A DNA stretch of 64,000 nt from Candidatus Aenigmatarchaeota archaeon (GTDB lineage: Archaea > Aenigmatarchaeota > Aenigmatarchaeia > CG10238-14 > SCSR01). A program made the translations under genes and the position numbers. Location of the stretch: contig JAWBWS010000003.1 in the NCBI GenBank assembly GCA_038999725.1, positions 29,464-93,463 of the forward strand, read 5' to 3'. Within the stretch, counting starts at the first letter, position 1, and every line of letters begins with the position of its first letter. The notes beneath the pieces are model-generated. The model was not told the DNA's origin. It worked only from the letters and a program-made list of their open reading frames with translations, and searched no databases. Shown piece after piece: positions 36,750 through 46,986 of this stretch.

Positions 36750-37778
36750 TTAGGGTGTGAAGTTTATTCCCTCAACCTCTATTCTTCTATTGATTTTGTC
36801 AACTGAAAACTTGCATCCAAGTATTTTTTCACAAACAAAAATGTTTGAGATGCAATGCTGAGTTATTTCTTCTACTGTTACAAGAGATTTGCCGTGTGCT
36901 AAAGCTAAAAATGGAATTATTTGGTCTGCCATGAATTTATCCAAAGCTGCTTTAGATTGAATTGATTTCATTAAATCTTGGGCTGCAGTTCTTCCTATAT
37001 CTTCAGCTCTCACTCCTCTTTTACCCAAATTATCTACCCCAAGAATGGAGTTTTCAGTTTCAGCCCAAAGGGTTATGGAAGTACCTTGAGAATAAGTTGC
37101 AACTGAAAAATGTTGGATTTGAACATTTTCGGTTATCTTGCTTAAAACCTGTTTTGCAGCTTCAGCCTGTCTCAAAGCAACTGATTCAGGCAAGCTACCA
37201 GCTATGGAAATTCCTTTGATTGCTAAAATCTTTCCAGGATCTGTTAAGTTTACAGAGGTTAAAAGCTTGATTGGGGTAAAAGTTATTCTAACTCTTCCCC
37301 CTCCCCTGGGGTAAAAACCTTGCTTCAAAATTTCAATTTCTGGTAATGGAAGGCCAAGCTTGTTTAAAATTGGGAATGTAACAAATTTGGTGAATTCTAT
37401 TGTCGGTGATCCTAGACCGGCTGTCCCACCAATTATCTCAAGTGTGACTTTTTTGTTCGCAAAAACGAGCATTGGAGTAAGAGTCTGTAGAAGCAAAGAA
37501 ATGCTGCCAGCAGTACCTATGTCTATGGTTTTATCTTTAACGTCAAACTTTTTTGGTCTGAACTCAACCTCCATAGATCCATATTCAAGACCTGAAACTT
37601 CTGCGTCACAAAATTCAGCGGCTATTTTTATTCCTGTTAGATGTTGGGGCATCAAGCCTGGTTTTGGTCTTGTAGCACGAATGTTTATTACTCTTACTGG
37701 CTTGAGTGTTAGAGCAGATAAAGCTATTGAAGTTCTCAAAACTTGGCCCCAACCTTCTGCTCCATCAATCAAGATCAT
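36750..37778 (-). CDS. rtcA: RNA 3'-terminal phosphate cyclase RtcA
   Basis: IDGAEGWGQVLRTSIALSALTLKPVRVINIRATRPKPGLMPQHLTGIKIAAEFCDAEVSG is collinear with RtcA. Confidence 0.8.
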   Translation of the reverse strand: MILIDGAEGWGQVLRTSIALSALTLKPVRVINIRATRPKPGLMPQHLTGIKIAAEFCDAEVSGLEYGSMEVEFRPKKFDVKDKTIDIGTAGSISLLLQTLTPMLVFANKKVTLEIIGGTAGLGSPTIEFTKFVTFPILNKLGLPLPEIEILKQGFYPRGGGRVRITFTPIKLLTSVNLTDPGKILAIKGISIAGSLPESVALRQAEAAKQVLSKITENVQIQHFSVATYSQGTSITLWAETENSILGVDNLGKRGVRAEDIGRTAAQDLMKSIQSKAALDKFMADQIIPFLALAHGKSLVTVEEITQHCISNIFVCEKILGCKFSVDKINRRIEVEGINFTP

Positions 37779-37839
37779 TTTAACCTAAAATCTTTTTAGA
37801 TTTGAATCTCTAAAAACTTCCGATTGTGGCAACAAGCGC

Positions 37840-39024
37840 TTAAACCTTTTTTGAAATTTTTTCCTCAATTCTTATCATCTCATTCAACTTAATTACCCTT
37901 TCACCAGAAATTCCAAACTTCACATAATCACAACCTAAACCAACAGCAAGGTGAGCTATCAAAACATCTTCAGTTTCTCCTGAGCGATGGGAAAATATTG
38001 TGACAATTTTGTTTTCTTTCGCTAGCTCAACAACCTTCATCACATCGCTTATAGTTCCAGCTTGGCTAGGTTTAACTATCATCGCATTTGATGCCTTGAG
38101 TTCCAAACCATCTTTCAACCTCTTTAGATTTGTTGCAAATAAATCATCAGCCACTATAAGCTTGTTTGGTAGCATGCTTGTTAGCACAGCAAAAGAAACA
38201 AAATCTTCTTCCATGAAGGGGTCTTCTATGTAGCTTATGGGATATTCTCTAGCCAAATCTTGCATTAACTTAAGCTGCTCAATTTTGCTTAAGATTTTGT
38301 TTGAATAGCGATAAATATAATATTCTTTACCATCCCAAAGTTGAGAAGCAGCAACATCAATACCAATCCTCAATAAATTTTCATTTGCAATTTTTTTCAA
38401 AATGTTCAGGAGTTCGATGAAGTTTAAGCTGGTGATCCAGCCAGATTCCCAATTTCTACCGTATGCAAAAGTTGGGTCAGCCAGCTTCAAAGCTTTTCCC
38501 AAATCAAGGTAAGCTTGAGAAATTTTTGAAATTGATTCAAAAAAAGAATTTTGATGAACAGGCAAAAGCAAGAATTCTTGGATGTCGCTCCTGTTCTCTT
38601 TCCAACCACCAACAACATTGCAAACAGGTTTGGGCATCTTCAACTCGGTTTTGGTAAGAGTTGCCAAATATTCGAAAACTTCTAGACCTTCATTCAAGGC
38701 AAAAGCTTTGAGGAAAGCTGAAGAAATAGCTAAAGCCAAGTTGCCACCAATTTCCTTGAACTCAGGAGTCTTGTCTATTGTTCTTAACAGTTCATCAACA
38801 TCTTCTTGATTTTTGAATTCTTCATTGACGAAGCTCTTCCTAATCAAGTTGAACTTGTCTATCACCTCTTCTACTGGCAAGTAAATAACTTCATGCTTTC
38901 CCCTGCTTGTGCCGATTGGAACCGAAGCCCTTACTTTGCCTTTTTCAGTTTCAATTTCAATTTCAATTGTTTTCTTGGAGTTTGTGGCAAAAATTTGCCT
39001 CATTTCAAGCCTTCTTGCTATCAT
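37840..39024 (-). CDS. eno: enolase
   Basis: SHRSGETEDVLIAHLAVGLGCDYVKFG; 394 aa. Confidence 0.8.
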   Translation of the reverse strand: MIARRLEMRQIFATNSKKTIEIEIETEKGKVRASVPIGTSRGKHEVIYLPVEEVIDKFNLIRKSFVNEEFKNQEDVDELLRTIDKTPEFKEIGGNLALAISSAFLKAFALNEGLEVFEYLATLTKTELKMPKPVCNVVGGWKENRSDIQEFLLLPVHQNSFFESISKISQAYLDLGKALKLADPTFAYGRNWESGWITSLNFIELLNILKKIANENLLRIGIDVAASQLWDGKEYYIYRYSNKILSKIEQLKLMQDLAREYPISYIEDPFMEEDFVSFAVLTSMLPNKLIVADDLFATNLKRLKDGLELKASNAMIVKPSQAGTISDVMKVVELAKENKIVTIFSHRSGETEDVLIAHLAVGLGCDYVKFGISGERVIKLNEMIRIEEKISKKV

Positions 39025-39191
39025 TAATTAGAATTTGTATTGAGCGATAATTAAGTTATATTTAAAACTGCTTTTTAAAGAAAATGGCAACATGGCTATA
39101 GGAAGAAGAACTTATGATTATGCTTCTATGGAAAAAAAAATGTGTATGATGAAAAAGGGTATAGCTTTCATCAAAAAGATATCATATCTTC

Positions 39192-40427
39192 TCATCTACC
39201 AAAAACAATCTTCCAAAGCTTCTTGCCATTTATCAGCTTAAGCTTCCCTTTCTTCACAGAAAGCTCATCAAACTTTTGCACTTCATCTCTACCTTTTCCA
39301 TAAATTAGAATAGGTACTGCTCCAAACTCATGCTTCCTTGTTTTGCAAGAAGTTATATGGTCAGAAGTTATTATCAAGATGCCATTGAAATCTTTCAATC
39401 TTCCAAGATAATCGTCTATTCTCTCTATAACTTTCTGTTTTCTGAAGAAGTCACCATCGTGGGCAGGTTCATCAGGACCTTTAATGTGAGCGTAGACAAA
39501 ATCATATTCTGCCAAAGCAGTTTCTATGTTGTCAAAAATGAATCTCAAGGTTTGCTCGAAATTCAGCTCAGGCACGGTTATTGCATCAAAGCCCGCAAGC
39601 ATACAACTACCCTTCATCACCCCATTTTCTGCAATACAAACGGCTTTTGGAATTTTGTATTTCTTGAGAAAGCTTTTTATTGCTGGAAGCTTATTACCAG
39701 CTTCTCTTGTAACTATATAATTTGCCGGTGGCAAACCCTGTTTGATTCTTTGTTCATTTGCTGGATGAAACTCAATAACCTGCCTAGCCTTTTCTATGAA
39801 ATCTTGAACAAGTTGAGCAGACCTCTCAGCTTCAGGAGAAAATGCCTCAACCTTCTTCACCTTTTCCCAGTCGAAGTAAGGGTCACTATCGCTAATTTTA
39901 TCACTCAGTTTCTCTTTCAAAATTAAAACAGCCCTATGGCCATAAGTGCGCATGAATATATGGTCAACATCAAGCTTAATATGCTCGTTCATGTACCTTG
40001 CGATTTCGTCCAAACCTTGAGAATTTCTCCCAACCCTTCTGTCCAACACTTTAAATTCATTGTCCACGGTTACAAAATTACATCTTAAAGCAAGCCAGCC
40101 TTGTTGATAAGGGATGTTTGCACCAATAGCTTCTATGGGCCCCCTTCTCGTCTCTTCAGGCCTTAGATCATATCCCAAAAGGGAGAAATTGGCTAAATGG
40201 CTTGCACTTGTCCTTATAGCCTCATTCCACCATTTCTTCTCTATCGGTAATATTTCCCCACATACACCATTTTTTGCAAAAAAATCGAAGTTTGGTTTGT
40301 GAGCCGCGGCCAAGGGAGTTTTTGCTTCTGGCAAATCTGGTAAACCATCTATTACGAGAAATATTACTTTCCTTTTAACTCTAGCTACCCCAGTTTTAGC
40401 CCTTTTAACCTTCTTTTTTCTAGGCAT
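39192..40427 (-). CDS. apgM: 2,3-bisphosphoglycerate-independent phosphoglycerate mutase, archaeal type
   Basis: VIFLVIDGLPDLPEA..TPLAAAHKPNFD and ITSDHIT with the metal-binding His/Asp pattern. Confidence 0.8.
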   Translation of the reverse strand: MPRKKKVKRAKTGVARVKRKVIFLVIDGLPDLPEAKTPLAAAHKPNFDFFAKNGVCGEILPIEKKWWNEAIRTSASHLANFSLLGYDLRPEETRRGPIEAIGANIPYQQGWLALRCNFVTVDNEFKVLDRRVGRNSQGLDEIARYMNEHIKLDVDHIFMRTYGHRAVLILKEKLSDKISDSDPYFDWEKVKKVEAFSPEAERSAQLVQDFIEKARQVIEFHPANEQRIKQGLPPANYIVTREAGNKLPAIKSFLKKYKIPKAVCIAENGVMKGSCMLAGFDAITVPELNFEQTLRFIFDNIETALAEYDFVYAHIKGPDEPAHDGDFFRKQKVIERIDDYLGRLKDFNGILIITSDHITSCKTRKHEFGAVPILIYGKGRDEVQKFDELSVKKGKLKLINGKKLWKIVFGR

Positions 40428-40496
40428 TAATTAAAATAGGGGAATGAAAGAAAATAAGTTTTTCATTTAAGAGAAATTGTAAAAAGCTCATGAATT

Positions 40497-40790
40497 TTAC
40501 AAGCCTTCTCCAATTTTTCCATAAATTTCATTCAGCACTTTTTCAGCATATTCGACCAATTTCTTTGAAAGTCTTGCCTTGGCCAAAAGAAGCTTTCTCT
40601 TGAAAAGTGGGTCGCCTCCTTTAATTTGTTCGGCAGCAAAAAGTGTGATGAAAGCTGAGTGAAGCTCAAGCCAGAAGAAAGCTTTCTCTAGGAATTTTTT
40701 GCTTTCATCTTTCTTCGGGGTTGAAAGAGCTAAGGCTTTCCATTTCTCATAATTTTCGACACACATTGAAATTTCTTCTTTAAAATCCAT
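40497..40790 (-). CDS. hypothetical small helical protein
   Basis: 97 aa; overlaps the upstream 80-aa ORF by 11 nt. Confidence 0.3.
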   Translation of the reverse strand: MDFKEEISMCVENYEKWKALALSTPKKDESKKFLEKAFFWLELHSAFITLFAAEQIKGGDPLFKRKLLLAKARLSKKLVEYAEKVLNEIYGKIGEGL

Positions 40791-41022
40791 ATTCCTTCAA
40801 CCCCATTTTAACATATTTCTCTATCTCCTCAAGACATCTCTCATGATTTCTTAATTCTCCCTCACTAACTCTAGGTGGATAGGGTAATTTTGAGTATATG
40901 CGCTTGAGGAAGTAAAATTGGGTAAGTAAATCAGGAGGAAGGGATGAAAGCTGTTTTCCATACTCTCTTTCAATCCTGTATATCCTTTTTATTATTTCCC
41001 ACACCTTCCCAATAACCCCCAT
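40780..41022 (-). CDS. hypothetical small protein
   Basis: 80 aa; first gene of a two-gene overlapping pair. Confidence 0.3.
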   Translation of the reverse strand: MGVIGKVWEIIKRIYRIEREYGKQLSSLPPDLLTQFYFLKRIYSKLPYPPRVSEGELRNHERCLEEIEKYVKMGLKEYGF

Positions 41023-41137
41023 TTTACTATCACCTTACAGTAGTTACTATATCCTTACTAATATTTAAGCGTTACTATCTTTCAGTAGCGAAATCTTTAT
41101 ATATAGGAAAGAAACTTAAAGAAAAACACCAATTGCT

Positions 41138-42403
41138 TTACTGAACAACAAAAGTTCTATTGTTTGCTAGAGGGGCAACAGCATCAAAACCCCTTTCTCT
41201 CAACTCATTCGCAAATTCTTCTGTGTGGTCGCCGTGGATACAAAAAACTTTCTCCGGATTAAGCTTCTCTACAAACTCAAAAAGTTCGCTTCTGCCAGCG
41301 TGTGCAGAAAAGTCCAGGCGCTTAACAAACATCTTAACTTCCAAATCCAAATCCTTTGTTATAAGTCTTCCTGTTTCAAGCAATATTCTACCAGGGGTGT
41401 CCTCAAGTTGCCATCCTGTAAGCACGAGGCTAGACCTTCTGTCAGCATAAAGTCTCTTGAGGTACCAAATAACAGGACCACCCATCAACATGCCACTAGT
41501 TGTTAAAATAACTCCAGGCTTCTTTAGAACCCTCTTTCTAGATATTTCAGATCCCACATACTCAACCTTTTCTAAAGCTTTATCCAAGCTTTCAGGCTCT
41601 TTCAAAAATTGTTTATGCTGATTGATTATTGTTGTAGCTTTCTTTGCCATACCATCAAGATAAATAGAATAATCAACTCCATATTTATCAAGTACAACTA
41701 AAATTTCTTGTAACCTTCCCACAGCAAAGCCTGCTATCAAGCAGTGACCATCCACACTTAAGGTTTCTTCAATGATTTTCACAAGTTCTTTTTCTTGCAA
41801 CTTTCTCTCAGGATGTTCTCGATTAGAATAAGTGCTTTCAATTATCAGGTAATCAACCCTAGGTAAGTTTAAGTCGGCCCTTTTAAGAAGTCTTGTGTCT
41901 GTTGTTTTTAAATCTCCTGTGTAAAGAAGGTTTTTGTCTCCCAACCTCAATAAAATCATGGCACTTCCAGGAACATGGCCTGCGTCAAAGAACGTGAATT
42001 TAATTGAACGAAATTTAAATTCTTGCCTGTAAGGAATAAGGACAAAGTTTTTTATTGTTTTTTCCACATCTCTCTTCTTGAAAGGTAAACTAACACCTTC
42101 CTCGTGGCTTACTTTCAATGAGTCTAGAAGCAAAAGTTCTGTTAACGGTTTTGTAACATTTGTGGAGTAAATTGGGCAATCTTTACCATTGGCAGAAAAA
42201 ATTGCAATCGCACCAGAATGGTCTAAATGGCAGTGGGAAAGCAAAATTGCGTCAGGCTTGCCTTGAATCGGGATTGGAAAAGTTGGTGGCACTTCCCTTA
42301 TCCTTGTTCCATAATCAAGAAGTATTTTCTCTATTCCATTGTCAACTAAAATTCCAGAACATCCAACAGTTTGCATCGCCCCAAGGAAACTTAACTGAAT
42401 CAT
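41138..42403 (-). CDS. metallo-beta-lactamase/beta-CASP family ribonuclease (aCPSF2-like, no KH domains)
   Basis: HCHLDHSGAI (HxHxDH) in the N-terminal MBL fold; 421 aa. Confidence 0.6.
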   Translation of the reverse strand: MIQLSFLGAMQTVGCSGILVDNGIEKILLDYGTRIREVPPTFPIPIQGKPDAILLSHCHLDHSGAIAIFSANGKDCPIYSTNVTKPLTELLLLDSLKVSHEEGVSLPFKKRDVEKTIKNFVLIPYRQEFKFRSIKFTFFDAGHVPGSAMILLRLGDKNLLYTGDLKTTDTRLLKRADLNLPRVDYLIIESTYSNREHPERKLQEKELVKIIEETLSVDGHCLIAGFAVGRLQEILVVLDKYGVDYSIYLDGMAKKATTIINQHKQFLKEPESLDKALEKVEYVGSEISRKRVLKKPGVILTTSGMLMGGPVIWYLKRLYADRRSSLVLTGWQLEDTPGRILLETGRLITKDLDLEVKMFVKRLDFSAHAGRSELFEFVEKLNPEKVFCIHGDHTEEFANELRERGFDAVAPLANNRTFVVQ

Positions 42404-42491
42404 GCTCTTTATTTTTTAACTTTTTTCTATTTATTTTTGAATTTAGCCTTTAATTCTAGCCATCTAAACCTGGCCAACAAATTTATAAACA

Positions 42492-42803
42492 TTGAAATTT
42501 CATTCAAAAATAAGTGAGGTTGATGGGCAGCCAATATGCTTCTCTAGAGAGCATGAGCAAGAGTGGAAGCGAGTTTTGCTTAGAGCTCTCAAACTGAAGT
42601 CAAAAATTCTAATAGAATTAAATTCAATTGATTTTAGCGACTCTCCCAATTTCAAGTCAGCAAGACTTACCAAGTTAGGCAAACTTGTTATTTTAACAAT
42701 ATTTGAAGAAGTGGGGGAAAAATTAAGAATTAATGAAAGGTGGAAAAGTATGTTAAAACTTTTATTAAATACCTTTAATTCACAAATTAAAATATTGGGG
42801 TAG
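42492..42803 (+). CDS. hypothetical protein
   Basis: 103-aa ORF upstream of tyrS. Confidence 0.25.
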   Translation: MKFHSKISEVDGQPICFSREHEQEWKRVLLRALKLKSKILIELNSIDFSDSPNFKSARLTKLGKLVILTIFEEVGEKLRINERWKSMLKLLLNTFNSQIKILG

Positions 42804-42809
42804 AAGAAA

Positions 42810-43898
42810 ATGGATCTGGAAACAAGATTTCAACTTGTTAAAAATGTTGGAGAAGAAATAATAACAGAAGAAGAATTGAAAGAATTGCTTGCTAGGAAAA
42901 AACATCCGGTAGCATATGATGGCTTTGAGCCTTCTGGGTTGGCCCACATAGCTTTCGGAATTTTAAGACCACTATTAATAGAGATGTTGCTCAAAGCAGG
43001 AATTCACTTCAAACTTTACTTGGGAGACTATTTTGCTTGGATAAACAACAAGCTTGGCGGTGATTTAGAAAAAATAAGGCTTTGTGGTAAATACTTCATA
43101 GAAGTCTGGAAAGCTGCAGGCGTGGACACAAAAAAAGTTGAGTTTATTTGGGCAAGCGATTTAGCTAGTAGGAAAGAATATTGGAAGAGGGTTATATTGA
43201 TAGCAAAAAACACAACAGTTAATAGGGCAAACAGAGCTTTAACTATAATGGGGAGAAAAGCTGGAGAGATGAAAGAAGTTGCTCAATATTTCTATCCCAT
43301 GATGCAAGTTGCTGATATTTTTGAATTGGAAGTTGACATTTGCCAATTGGGTTTAGATCAGAGAAGAGCTAATATACTTGCCCGTGAGATAGGGCCAAAG
43401 TTAGGATGGTGGAAGCCTGTTGTGGTGAGTCATCATATGCTCATGAGTTTGGAAGGCGTAAAACAGCCAGAAGGTTACGATGAAAACAAAGCAATAGATA
43501 TAGCAATAAGCTCTAAGATGAGTAAGAGCAAGCCTTCGAGCGCAATTTTTATGCATGATAGTAGAGAGGAAATTTTTGAGAAAATAAGAAATGCATTTTG
43601 TCCGGAAAGAGTTGTAGAAAACAACCCAATCCTAGATTACACGAAACACATAATTTTCAGGAAGTTCAAGAGCTTGAAAGTCGAAAGACCATTAAAATAT
43701 GGTGGAACGGTAGAGTTTAACTCTTACTCTGAGGTGGAGAAGGCTTTTAAACAGGGGGAGCTTCATCCTCTTGACCTGAAAAATGCTGTTGCCGATTGTT
43801 TGGACCAAATGATAAAACCTGTGAGAGAGCATTTCGAGAAAAACTCAAAGGCCAGAGAGCTTTTGAATTTGGTCAAAAGATTTGAAATCACAAGATAG
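42810..43898 (+). CDS. tyrS: tyrosyl-tRNA synthetase (archaeal type)
   Basis: Collinear with M. jannaschii TyrRS: YDGFEPSG..., YPMMQVADI, KMSKSKPSSAIFMHDS, ELHPLDLKNAVAD. Confidence 0.85.
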   Translation: MDLETRFQLVKNVGEEIITEEELKELLARKKHPVAYDGFEPSGLAHIAFGILRPLLIEMLLKAGIHFKLYLGDYFAWINNKLGGDLEKIRLCGKYFIEVWKAAGVDTKKVEFIWASDLASRKEYWKRVILIAKNTTVNRANRALTIMGRKAGEMKEVAQYFYPMMQVADIFELEVDICQLGLDQRRANILAREIGPKLGWWKPVVVSHHMLMSLEGVKQPEGYDENKAIDIAISSKMSKSKPSSAIFMHDSREEIFEKIRNAFCPERVVENNPILDYTKHIIFRKFKSLKVERPLKYGGTVEFNSYSEVEKAFKQGELHPLDLKNAVADCLDQMIKPVREHFEKNSKARELLNLVKRFEITR

Positions 43899-45188
43899 CT
43901 AAGAAATTTTCCTAAGTTTACGGATAGCAAAAAATATTGAACCAACAATCAAGATAAATAAAGCCAAAACAATAACTTCAATTTCCAAATAGCCTAGCAG
44001 AGCAAAGCAAGAAATTGTGCCAAAGAAAGCAGTGAGGGGGAATTTCCCTATATTCAAAGGAGCAACAAAACCTCTTCTTACCTTAGGCTTCATAAATCTG
44101 AGATGAATTAAGGAAAGATTTGAAGCTATGAAAGCTAGTAAAGAACTCATGCTTGTTATTTCGGCCAGTCTTCCAATATCATGTAGGAAAAGAAAAGCCA
44201 TTGACAAAACCGCAACAACAACAATTGAAACATAAGGTGTTCTCCTTTTACTATGAATTTTTGACAAAATTCTGGGTATAGAATTTTCTCTTGCCATCCC
44301 ATACATCACTCTAGAGGCACTCAAAATGAGACCAAGAGATGTGTCGGCTGTTGTTAAAAGTGCGGAAAGGGAAAAAATAATAAATGCTTTATCTCCAAAA
44401 ACTTTTGATGCTGCAAAAGCCAAAGGTGCTTGTGATCGAGAAAGTTCTTCCCAGCCCACCAAATTCAACACTGCTATCGACACCATAACATAAATAATTG
44501 TTGTTATTATCACTGAAAGGATTAAAGCCAGTGGAACGATTTTTTCCGGCTTTTTTGTCTCTTCAGCAAGATTAACCACATCTTCAAAACCAAGGTAAGC
44601 GAAGAAAACCAAAGCAGCTGCAGAAAAAACTCCTGTCAAACTGGGGGCTTCAAAATATTTTTGGAAATTTATGGGAGCTCCAAATAGACCTAAGAATATG
44701 AGGAAGAGTAAAGTTAGCAAAACGATTGAAGATGTTGTGATGAAGAATCTTGAACTTTCTTTTATCCCTAAGAAGTTTAGGAAAGAGAGTAGAAAGATGA
44801 GTGTAATTGATATAGCTACTTTAGCTAAAGGTTGTTTGATTCCAAAAAGTTCTATGAAATATCCTGAGAAGCCTAAAGAGACTGTAGCTATCCCAGAGAT
44901 AAATGCAAAAATCAAAAGCCAGCCAATCAAGAAGGCCCAGAATTCACTTCCATAAGCTTTCTTCACATAAACAAAAGCTGCTCCTGTTTTGGGATACATG
45001 GATGATAGCTCAGCATAAGTAAGGCCTGTGAAAATCGCAACAAAAGCTCCAATTAAAAAAGAAATCCAGACGGAATTACCTGCCAAGGCAGCAGCTTCAC
45101 CAATTAAAGCAAAAATTCCAGCCCCAATTATCACACTTATTCCATAAAAAGTTGTTTCAAACAAACCCAACTCACGCTTAAGTTTCAT
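43899..45188 (-). CDS. amino acid permease (APC superfamily)
   Basis: 429 aa with 12 TM helices and an APC-like N-terminal GAGIFALIGEAA. Confidence 0.7.
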   Translation of the reverse strand: MKLKRELGLFETTFYGISVIIGAGIFALIGEAAALAGNSVWISFLIGAFVAIFTGLTYAELSSMYPKTGAAFVYVKKAYGSEFWAFLIGWLLIFAFISGIATVSLGFSGYFIELFGIKQPLAKVAISITLIFLLSFLNFLGIKESSRFFITTSSIVLLTLLFLIFLGLFGAPINFQKYFEAPSLTGVFSAAALVFFAYLGFEDVVNLAEETKKPEKIVPLALILSVIITTIIYVMVSIAVLNLVGWEELSRSQAPLAFAASKVFGDKAFIIFSLSALLTTADTSLGLILSASRVMYGMARENSIPRILSKIHSKRRTPYVSIVVVAVLSMAFLFLHDIGRLAEITSMSSLLAFIASNLSLIHLRFMKPKVRRGFVAPLNIGKFPLTAFFGTISCFALLGYLEIEVIVLALFILIVGSIFFAIRKLRKIS

Positions 45189-45312
45189 ATTTTATAAAAA
45201 GGATTTTAAAAGATAAGAAATTAAAATTCAAACACCTACGTAAAAAAATTGCACAATAAATTTAAATAGTTGGATATCCATTTTTCTCTTAAGGGTTAAA
45301 GATGGTGGTTAA

Positions 45313-45594
45313 GCCCCAATCCAAGGCAAGCTAAAAATCCTTCTCCTCAGAGTTTTCACTAAACATCAAATTCTTCTTATTAAAGAAATAGTAAATAACA
45401 ATGCATCTATAACACAAATTCTCAAAAAAATTCATCTAAGAGATAAATTGCCGGAAGCTACACTTCGGTACAATGCAAGAAAATTGCAAGAGCTGGGATT
45501 GATAAAGTTCGGTAACAAGTTTAATAAAGGGGTGAATGCAGAATTAACTCCTCTTGGAAAACTCGTGTATGAAATTTTGAATAGAAAAGGGTGA
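45313..45594 (+). CDS. small winged-helix DNA-binding-like ORF lacking a canonical start codon (possible pseudogene or unusual start)
   Basis: Hand translation ...ILLIKEIVNNNASITQILKKIHLRDKLPEATLRYNARKLQELGLIKFGNKFNKGVNAELTPLGKLVYEILNRKG*; no in-frame ATG/GTG/TTG after the upstream stop at 45310. Confidence 0.25.
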   Translation, partial: APIQGKLKILLLRVFTKHQILLIKEIVNNNASITQILKKIHLRDKLPEATLRYNARKLQELGLIKFGNKFNKGVNAELTPLGKLVYEILNRKG

Positions 45595-45666
45595 TGACAA
45601 TGTTTGCAAAGTTAAATTTGATGAAATATTTAAAATAAAAATCGGAATAAAATTAAAGGGGAGATT

Positions 45667-46953
45667 ATGCTGGATATAAAGCTTATCAGAGAGAACCCAA
45701 ATCTTGTTAGGGAAAATTTGAGGAAAAGGCAAGATCCTGAAAAACTAAAGCTTTTGGAAGAGGTCATAAATCTAGATAAAAGTTGGAGGGAGACACAAAC
45801 AGAAATAAACAAACTCAGACAAAAGAGGAATGATTTGAGCAGAAAGATATCAGCGATGAAAAAGGAAGGAAAAGATATTACAAAACTTTTGGAGGAAGCC
45901 GAGAAAATTCCCGATGAAATAAAAAAATTGGAAAAAAAGGCTGAAGAGCTCCAACAAAAAATAAGATATGGCTTGCTGAGACTTCCAAATCTTTTGGACG
46001 AGAGTGTGCCCTACGGTAAAGATGAAAATGATAATGTGGAAATAAGGAGATGGGGTTCCCCACCAAAGTTTGATTTTGATCCAAAAAGTCATTTGGAGAT
46101 ATTGAAGAATTTGGATTTGATAGATCAAGAAAGGGCAGCAAGAGCAGCATGTGCTGGCTTCTTCTACTTCAAAGAAGAGCTTGTTTTGTTGGATTTGGCG
46201 ATTCAAAGGTTTGCGATAGACTTTCTCAGAAAAAAAGGCTTCATTTTGATTGAACCACCTTTCATGATAAACAGGCAAGCTTATGAAGGCATGATTGATC
46301 CAGGTGATTTTGAAACAATGACTTATAAAATTGAAGGCGAGCCCCTCTATTTAATAGCAACAGCTGAACATCCTTTAGGAGCAATGTTTATGAATGAAGT
46401 TTTTGACAAAAAAGATTTGCCCTTAAAACTTTGTGGAGTTTCCCCTTGTTTCAGGAAAGAGATTGGAGCACATGGAAAATTCACTAAAGGTTTGTTCAGG
46501 ATGCATCAATTCAACAAGGTTGAGCAATTTATTTTTTGTTTGCCAGAGCAAAGTAAAGAGATGCATGAAGAAATACAAAGGAATTCTGAAGAACTTTATC
46601 AACAGCTTGGCTTACATTATCGTGTTGTTCTTGTCTGCACTGGTGATATGGGTACTGTAGCTGCAAAGAAGTATGATATCGAATGCTGGATGGCTGATGG
46701 AAAATTTAGAGAAACAGGGAGCAATTCAAACTGTACAGACTATCAAGCTCGCAGATTGAACATAAGATATAGGGAAGGTCCTGGAAAGCCGCCAGCTGGC
46801 TTTGTCCATACCTTGAACAACACAGCTTTAGCCACAAGCAGGACAATGATAGCTATCATTGAACAATTCCAGCAAAAAGATGGGAGTGTTATAATTCCCA
46901 AAGTTCTGAGACCTTACATGAATGGCATCGAAAGGTTAGAAAAAAAGAGTTAG
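45667..46953 (+). CDS. serS: seryl-tRNA synthetase
   Basis: N-terminal coiled coil; class II motifs; 428 aa. Confidence 0.9.
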   Translation: MLDIKLIRENPNLVRENLRKRQDPEKLKLLEEVINLDKSWRETQTEINKLRQKRNDLSRKISAMKKEGKDITKLLEEAEKIPDEIKKLEKKAEELQQKIRYGLLRLPNLLDESVPYGKDENDNVEIRRWGSPPKFDFDPKSHLEILKNLDLIDQERAARAACAGFFYFKEELVLLDLAIQRFAIDFLRKKGFILIEPPFMINRQAYEGMIDPGDFETMTYKIEGEPLYLIATAEHPLGAMFMNEVFDKKDLPLKLCGVSPCFRKEIGAHGKFTKGLFRMHQFNKVEQFIFCLPEQSKEMHEEIQRNSEELYQQLGLHYRVVLVCTGDMGTVAAKKYDIECWMADGKFRETGSNSNCTDYQARRLNIRYREGPGKPPAGFVHTLNNTALATSRTMIAIIEQFQQKDGSVIIPKVLRPYMNGIERLEKKS

Positions 46954-46986
46954 CTTCCTTTTTTCTTAAGATTAAAAGGTTTTAAA

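Noticed and set aside
45588-45665. Candidate C/D-box sRNA (GUGAUGA at 45591 and UUGAUGA about 30 nt later)
   Set aside because: No D or D' box (CUGA) in the appropriate positions and no terminal stem. This is probably chance in AT-rich intergenic DNA.
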